DNA of 64,000 nt, taken from a virus. Where the stretch lies: positions 87,965 to 151,964 of the IMG/VR virus record IMGVR_UViG_3300018426_001942. One strand, given 5' to 3'. The notes beneath the pieces were generated by a model. The model did not search any database. It was not told where the DNA came from and worked only from the letters and a program-made list of their open reading frames with translations. Shown here piece by piece: positions 59,319 to 64,000 of the stretch. The position numbers and the translations under genes were made by a program. Each line of letters starts with the position of its first letter. The stretch's first letter is position 1.

Positions 59319-60191
59319 TTGGAGAAACATGTGCGATCTAGAAATTATTTAAACAACAAGGATATCTTATCAGAAATCCACAAATCAAAGAATACGTTTA
59401 ATAGCTATATAGACCCAGAATACCATCAGTACGATATTATTCTTACAGATATAGAAAAGGTAAACAGATTAACTATTGCAGAAGCAAAAAGAAACAAAGC
59501 AAAGCGTCTAAGCAATGCAGACTACGAAACCCGCAAAATGGCCGGTGAAAAGGTAAAACAAGCAGATTGCGAAGTTGACTGGAAAAAGATTACAAAAGAA
59601 GAACTAATCTTCCGTATTATGACATTTGATCATATTCCAGATGAACCTGGAAGAAAGAAAAATCCTAAAACTATAGCAGATCACAAGGTAAAATTAAATT
59701 TTCCTCCATTTCAACACTATAAATTTAACGAAAATGATGAACTAGTGTGTGTAGGCAAAAGTCATTGGCAAGGCGGCATGGAAAACGGACATTTTGATCA
59801 TAAACACGGTAAAGCAACTAACAAACTAGCAACTATGTGGTTAAAATTAGTTGATAGGTATGCAACTAGAGGTAACGTTAGAGGTTATACTTACAACGAC
59901 GAAATGAAGGGGCAAGCAATACTACAACTAGCACAGATAGGACTACAGTTCGATGAATCTAAAAGTAATAATCCTTTTGCTTACTATACCGCTGCTGTTA
60001 CTAATTCATTTGTTCGTGTCATTAATATAGAAAAACGTAATCAAAATATTAGAGACGATATTTTAGAGATGAACGACTTAAACCCATCATACACACGACA
60101 AGCACAAGGTGAATGGGAAGCCGCTGTAAAAAGAAATGAAGAACTAAAAACTTCAATTTTCCAAGAAAGAAAAGTGGTTGACAAAGATTAA
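59319..60191 (+). CDS. gp55: Late-transcription sigma factor, T4 gp55-like
   Basis: NYLNNKD, RGNVRGYTYNDEM and FDESKSNNPFAYYT..NSF.R.I..EK match gp55 motifs; gene precedes gp47/gp46. True start is probably GTG 59331 (GGAGA SD). Confidence 0.88.
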   Translation: MEKHVRSRNYLNNKDILSEIHKSKNTFNSYIDPEYHQYDIILTDIEKVNRLTIAEAKRNKAKRLSNADYETRKMAGEKVKQADCEVDWKKITKEELIFRIMTFDHIPDEPGRKKNPKTIADHKVKLNFPPFQHYKFNENDELVCVGKSHWQGGMENGHFDHKHGKATNKLATMWLKLVDRYATRGNVRGYTYNDEMKGQAILQLAQIGLQFDESKSNNPFAYYTAAVTNSFVRVINIEKRNQNIRDDILEMNDLNPSYTRQAQGEWEAAVKRNEELKTSIFQERKVVDKD

Positions 60192-60206
60192 CTTTTGTTA
60201 TATTAT
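60178..60206 (+). promoter_or_regulatory. Sigma70-type promoter TTGACA-N17-TATTAT for gp47/gp46
   Basis: -35 at 60178-60183, -10 at 60201-60206, upstream of a GGAGG SD. Confidence 0.75.
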
Positions 60207-60234
60207 AAACTAAAAGCCTTACGGAGGACTCAGT

Positions 60235-61257
60235 TTGTTTAAAAAAGCCGCTGTGTTTACTGATATACACTTTGGTCTAAAAAGTAACAGTCGCGTTCAC
60301 AATGACGATTGCGAAGAATTTATAGATTGGTATATCAAAACAGCAAAAGAAAACGGATGTGAAACTGGTATTTTCTGTGGAGATTGGCATCACAATCGAA
60401 ACAGTCTTAACCTCACGACCATGGATGCTACTATTAGAAGTATGGAAAAACTTGGTAAAGCATTTGACAAGTTTATATTCTTCGATGGCAACCATGATTT
60501 GTACTACAAAGATAAAAGAGATGTAAACTCTACAGCGTTTGCAAAACACATACCAGGAATTACATTTATCGATGAATTAACTGTAGAAGACGATGTTGCT
60601 ATTGTCCCATGGCTTGTAGCAGACGAATGGAAAAAAATACAAAAATGTAAGGCAAAATACATGTTTGGACATTTTGAACTTCCAAGTTTTTACATGAATG
60701 CTATGGTTAAAATGCCTGATCACGGTGGTGACTTAAACAAAGAACACTTTGCTAATCAAGACTATGTCTTTAGTGGACATTTTCATAAGCGTCAAAATCA
60801 AGGCAAAATACATTATATCGGTAATGCTTTCCCTCACAACTATGCAGATGCATGGGATGACGAACGTGGTATGATGATTCTTGACAAAGAAAACAACAAA
60901 GAACCAGAGTACATCAATTGGCCGGATTGTCCTAAGTATAGAACTGTTAAACTTTCTAAACTAATCGACGAACAAGACACACTTATAAAAAGCAAAATGT
61001 ACCTGCGAGTAGAACTTGACATTGATATCAGTTATGAAGAAGCAAGTTTTATAAAAGAAACATTTATCAATCAGTATAACTGTAGAGAAATTACACTTAT
61101 ACCTAAATCACATATTGAAGAAATTAGCACAGACTTAGACATTAGTTCATTTGTTAGTGTTGATCAAATCGTTGCAAGTGAGATATCTGAACTAGACACA
61201 GACTCATTTGATAAGAAAAAACTTTTGGAGATATACAACGGATTAACGCATGATTAA
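60235..61257 (+). CDS. gp47: Recombination endonuclease subunit, T4 gp47 (Mre11/SbcD-like)
   Basis: Metallophosphoesterase motifs DIHFG, GDWHH, GNHD, GHFE, SGHFH; TTG start. Confidence 0.92.
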   Translation: MFKKAAVFTDIHFGLKSNSRVHNDDCEEFIDWYIKTAKENGCETGIFCGDWHHNRNSLNLTTMDATIRSMEKLGKAFDKFIFFDGNHDLYYKDKRDVNSTAFAKHIPGITFIDELTVEDDVAIVPWLVADEWKKIQKCKAKYMFGHFELPSFYMNAMVKMPDHGGDLNKEHFANQDYVFSGHFHKRQNQGKIHYIGNAFPHNYADAWDDERGMMILDKENNKEPEYINWPDCPKYRTVKLSKLIDEQDTLIKSKMYLRVELDIDISYEEASFIKETFINQYNCREITLIPKSHIEEISTDLDISSFVSVDQIVASEISELDTDSFDKKKLLEIYNGLTHD

Positions 61258-63022
61258 AATTAAGGACCTAACCGTTAAAAATTTTATGAGTGTTGGCAAC
61301 CAAACACAAGCGGTTGACTTTGATAAACAACAACTCACACTAGTACTAGGCGAAAACTTAGATCAAGGAGGTGACGATTCTGGCTCCCGTAATGGTACTG
61401 GTAAAACAACTATAATTAATGCGTTAAGTTATGCTCTTTACGGCAACGCTCTTACGAACATAAGAAAAAACAATTTAATTAACAAGACTAATTCTAAAGG
61501 AATGTTAGTTACACTTGCTTTTGAAAAAGACAGTGTTCAGTACCGAATTGAGAGAGGTAGATCGCCAAATGTTTTAAAGTTCTATGTCAACAACGAAGAG
61601 CAAGTTGACATAGACGAATCTCAAGGTGATAGTCGTAAAACACAGGAATCGATTGATTCTTTATTAGGTATGAGTCACGACATGTTCAAACATGTTGTAG
61701 CACTTAACACTTATACAGAACCGTTCTTAAGCATGCGAACAAACGATCAACGTGCTATTATAGAACAGTTACTCGGAATAACTATACTTTCTGAAAAAGC
61801 AGATCTTTTAAAAGAAGAAGTACGAAAATCTAAAGACGAACTTACGCAAGAAACTATGCGTATTGATGCAATACAATCTGCTAATTCTAAAATTGACGAA
61901 ACTATAGAAGGTCTTAAAAGCAAGCAAAAAGCATGGCTTTCAAAACGCACTACAGATGTTGTAAAGCTAAAGGAATCTATCGAAGAACTTGAACACCTTG
62001 ATATTGATGCAGAACTCGAATCGCACGAAAAACTAGCAAACTGGACTGAGCTAAACAATGCTATTTTGGCTCTTAATAAAGAAAAAAGCACACTCGAGAC
62101 AGCACAGTTACGTGCCAGTAAGTCTGTTAAAAAAGTCGAAAAAGACATCTTAGAACTAGATAGTGCTACTTGTTATACATGCGGACAGTCTTTACATGCA
62201 GACAAAAAAGCAGAAATTTTAGATAAAAAATCTAAAGAATTAGTTGATGCAGACGCATATCTTACAGAAATTACAGACAAACTAAACAGTGTTGAAAAAG
62301 AGCTCGGCGATATAGGTGATATCAACGGACGTCCGAACACGTACTACGAAACGTCTAAAGAAGCATATGATCATAGAAACAATGTAGACACTTTAAAAAA
62401 TGCTTACGAAAACAGAAAAGATGAAGTTGACCCGTATCAGGAACAGATTGACGATCTTGAAGCTAGTGCAAAACAAGATATTGATTGGTCAACAGTTAAC
62501 GATATAACATCTACAAAAGAGCACCAAGAATTCTTGTTAAAACTTCTAACAAACAAAGACAGTTTTATACGTAAAAAAATTATCGATCAAAATCTAGCAT
62601 ATCTAAACAATAGATTAACATACTATCTAGATAAACTAGGTTTGCCGCACACCGTAACATTCTTAAATGACCTTTCTGTTGAAATTACACAGTTAGGTCA
62701 AGACTTAGACTTTGATAATCTATCACGTGGTGAACGTAATAGACTTATACTAGGACTAAGTTTTGCCTTCCGTGACGTTTGGGAAAGTTTATATCAAAAT
62801 GTTAACTTACTATTCATTGACGAACTTATAGACAGCGGTATGGATTCCAACGGTGTTGAAAACAGTCTTGCTGTACTTAAGAAAATGGGCAGAGAAAGAG
62901 AAAAAAATATCTACTTAATCAGTCATAAAGATGAACTTATTGGCAGAGTTAACAACGTTCTTAAAGTTGTAAAAGAAAATGGATTTACCAGTTACGAAAA
63001 CGATATTGATGTAGTTGAATAA
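61250..63022 (+). CDS. gp46: Recombination ATPase subunit, T4 gp46 (Rad50/SbcC-like)
   Basis: KNFMSVGN, Walker A NGTGKTT, coiled coil with CYTCG zinc hook, LSRGE signature, FIDE Walker B, ISH. Confidence 0.93.
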   Translation: MIKIKDLTVKNFMSVGNQTQAVDFDKQQLTLVLGENLDQGGDDSGSRNGTGKTTIINALSYALYGNALTNIRKNNLINKTNSKGMLVTLAFEKDSVQYRIERGRSPNVLKFYVNNEEQVDIDESQGDSRKTQESIDSLLGMSHDMFKHVVALNTYTEPFLSMRTNDQRAIIEQLLGITILSEKADLLKEEVRKSKDELTQETMRIDAIQSANSKIDETIEGLKSKQKAWLSKRTTDVVKLKESIEELEHLDIDAELESHEKLANWTELNNAILALNKEKSTLETAQLRASKSVKKVEKDILELDSATCYTCGQSLHADKKAEILDKKSKELVDADAYLTEITDKLNSVEKELGDIGDINGRPNTYYETSKEAYDHRNNVDTLKNAYENRKDEVDPYQEQIDDLEASAKQDIDWSTVNDITSTKEHQEFLLKLLTNKDSFIRKKIIDQNLAYLNNRLTYYLDKLGLPHTVTFLNDLSVEITQLGQDLDFDNLSRGERNRLILGLSFAFRDVWESLYQNVNLLFIDELIDSGMDSNGVENSLAVLKKMGREREKNIYLISHKDELIGRVNNVLKVVKENGFTSYENDIDVVE

Positions 63023-63231
63023 TGGATGATACTCACGATAAACTTGTAAAAGCATATTTAGAATATTTTGAAGAGAACGAAAAATTTGAATCTCGTAATT
63101 CTGTGCGAACACACGGAAGTGCAAGACGTGCATTACGTAACATACGTACACTTGCAAAATTACGCATGGATGAAATACACGAAAAACACTTAAACAAGGA
63201 AAAAAGTCAAAACGAACCTAGCGACGATTAA
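63022..63231 (+). CDS. Small protein, histone H1-like Hc1-family-like
   Basis: ENEKFE..N.....ARRAL..I..LAK.R..EI resembles the Hc1 N-terminal motif (..KF..GNKAAG.RARKAL..L.K..K). Confidence 0.55.
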   Translation: MDDTHDKLVKAYLEYFEENEKFESRNSVRTHGSARRALRNIRTLAKLRMDEIHEKHLNKEKSQNEPSDD

Positions 63232-63250
63232 ATGCTAGGTAAGTACCTAC
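63216..63250 (+). promoter_or_regulatory. Competing hairpins with an embedded TAAGTA box ahead of the GIY-YIG gene
   Basis: ACCTAGC (63216-22)/GCTAGGT (63234-40) versus TAGGTA (63236-41)/TACCTA (63244-49). TAAGTA at 63240-45 lies 5 nt before the ATG. Confidence 0.45.
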
Positions 63251-63700
63251 ATGGAGTGGACTTATAAAGGCAAAAAAATTGAAACCATACCAGAAGAATT
63301 TGAAGGCTTCGTATATCTAATAACGAATAAAAAAACAGGGCAAAAATATATAGGCAAAAAACTAGCAAAGTTTAAAACTACAAAGCCACCTCTTAAAGGC
63401 AAAAAGAATAAACGTAGAGGCTATAAAGAAAGCGACTGGAAAACCTATTGGGGTAGTTCTGATAGATTAAATGCAGACGTTAAAGCACTAGGCGAAAAAA
63501 ACTTTACAAGAGAAATATTATACCTATGCAGAGGCAGGGGCGAAATGTCCTACATTGAGGCAAGAGAGCAATTTGACCGCCGTGTATTAGAGAGCGACGA
63601 GTATTACAATGGAATTATTAATGTTAGAGTTGGCGGTTCCGATAAATTGCGCAAGGCTTTGCTAGAACACACCATCAAGGCAAAACAATCCAACACCTAA
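63251..63700 (+). CDS. GIY-YIG family endonuclease (stand-alone catalytic domain, Seg/EndoII-like)
   Basis: GFVYLITN...KYIGKK, Y.GSS, F.REIL, E...Q, YYN; 149 aa with no C-terminal DNA-binding extension. Confidence 0.85.
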   Translation: MEWTYKGKKIETIPEEFEGFVYLITNKKTGQKYIGKKLAKFKTTKPPLKGKKNKRRGYKESDWKTYWGSSDRLNADVKALGEKNFTREILYLCRGRGEMSYIEAREQFDRRVLESDEYYNGIINVRVGGSDKLRKALLEHTIKAKQSNT

Positions 63701-64000
63701 GGTTGGCGGGCCAGTTTGAAAATACCGCTGTGGAAAAAGCATCCTTGATCGGAGCACACGTAACATACTGATTGACACACCAGAGTGTGGAAGCCATCAA
63801 ACAAATTGGGCTCACTAGTTGGTATAGATAGATTGTTGGCTGTCGAAAAACTGTACATTACACATAAAAACCCCTTAGCACTAGGAACGAAGCGGGGGAT
63901 AATGTACTGTATAGAAAGCATAAAAGCGTTTTACGCACTCTATATAGTACATGATGTCGACGTAGGTTGGGAAAGGTCAGAGCCCATTGTGTAGCAGATA
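63701..64000 (+). ncRNA. Putative large structured non-coding RNA (continues beyond the window; family not identified)
   Basis: About 44% GC by hand count (131/300), higher than the AT-rich intergenic gaps elsewhere, and no credible ORF. Nested helices: TGGGCTC/GAGCCCA (63807-13/63980-86), GTCGA/TCGAC (63842-46/63957-61), a 14-bp stem (63902-15/63939-52), CACAC/GTGTG (63776-80/63785-89), GCGG/CCGC (63706-09/63725-28). Confidence 0.6.

Noticed and set aside
570-63157. Numerous 60-140 aa antisense ORFs (e.g. 570..992, 8862..9263, 53639..54049, 61747..62148)
   Set aside because: They shadow long motif-bearing genes on the opposite strand and have the Ser/Leu/Ile-rich composition expected from antisense reading.
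63697-63994. ORFs 63697..63921 (-) and 63785..63994 (+)
   Set aside because: No SD, weak starts and no motifs. They overlap a region better explained by RNA secondary structure.
63701-64000. tmRNA, RNase P RNA, tRNA or group I intron identity for the structured region
   Set aside because: No tRNA-like acceptor/T-arm, no GAGGAAAGUCC-type RNase P motif and no interrupted host gene are visible in the part inside the window. A covariance search is needed to exclude these fully.
1-64000. Alternative genetic code, CRISPR array, tRNA genes, integrase or transposase
   Set aside because: ORFs tile the window under the standard code, with TAA, TAG and TGA all used as stops. No regularly spaced repeats, cloverleafs or mobile-element genes were found by eye.

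Overview
AT-rich segment of a large T4-like (myovirus-type) dsDNA phage genome, read with the standard genetic code. All protein calls come from motif recognition by eye; no database searches were run. The window has four blocks. (1) 1-21.8 kb: a dense tailoring and glycosylation cluster with six radical SAM enzymes, two Asp/Asn-hydroxylase-like Fe(II)/2OG oxygenases (one partial), two SAM methyltransferases, a minimal kinase, two beta-propeller proteins, a short UDP-glucose-dehydrogenase-like enzyme, a GDP-mannose 3,5-epimerase-like enzyme and about seven glycosyltransferase-like genes. (2) 21.9-59.3 kb, minus strand: tail fibre and baseplate genes, including a 5005-aa structural protein, gp6-, gp25- and gp53-like wedge proteins, a gp5-like spike with a C-terminal lysozyme and a hub with an M15 peptidase, preceded by TAAATA late-promoter boxes. 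(3) 59.3-63.7 kb, plus strand: gp55 late sigma factor, gp47/gp46 (Mre11/Rad50-like), an Hc1-like small protein and a GIY-YIG nuclease. (4) From 63.7 kb to the window end: a GC-enriched, nested, multi-helix non-coding region that looks like a large structured RNA. The most notable items are the GIY-YIG-adjacent structured RNA, the radical-SAM/glycan cluster with its own sigma70-type promoters, and a 78-aa gene with a perfect Shine-Dalgarno site apparently overprinted inside one radical SAM gene. No tRNA, rRNA, CRISPR array, integrase or transposase was seen.
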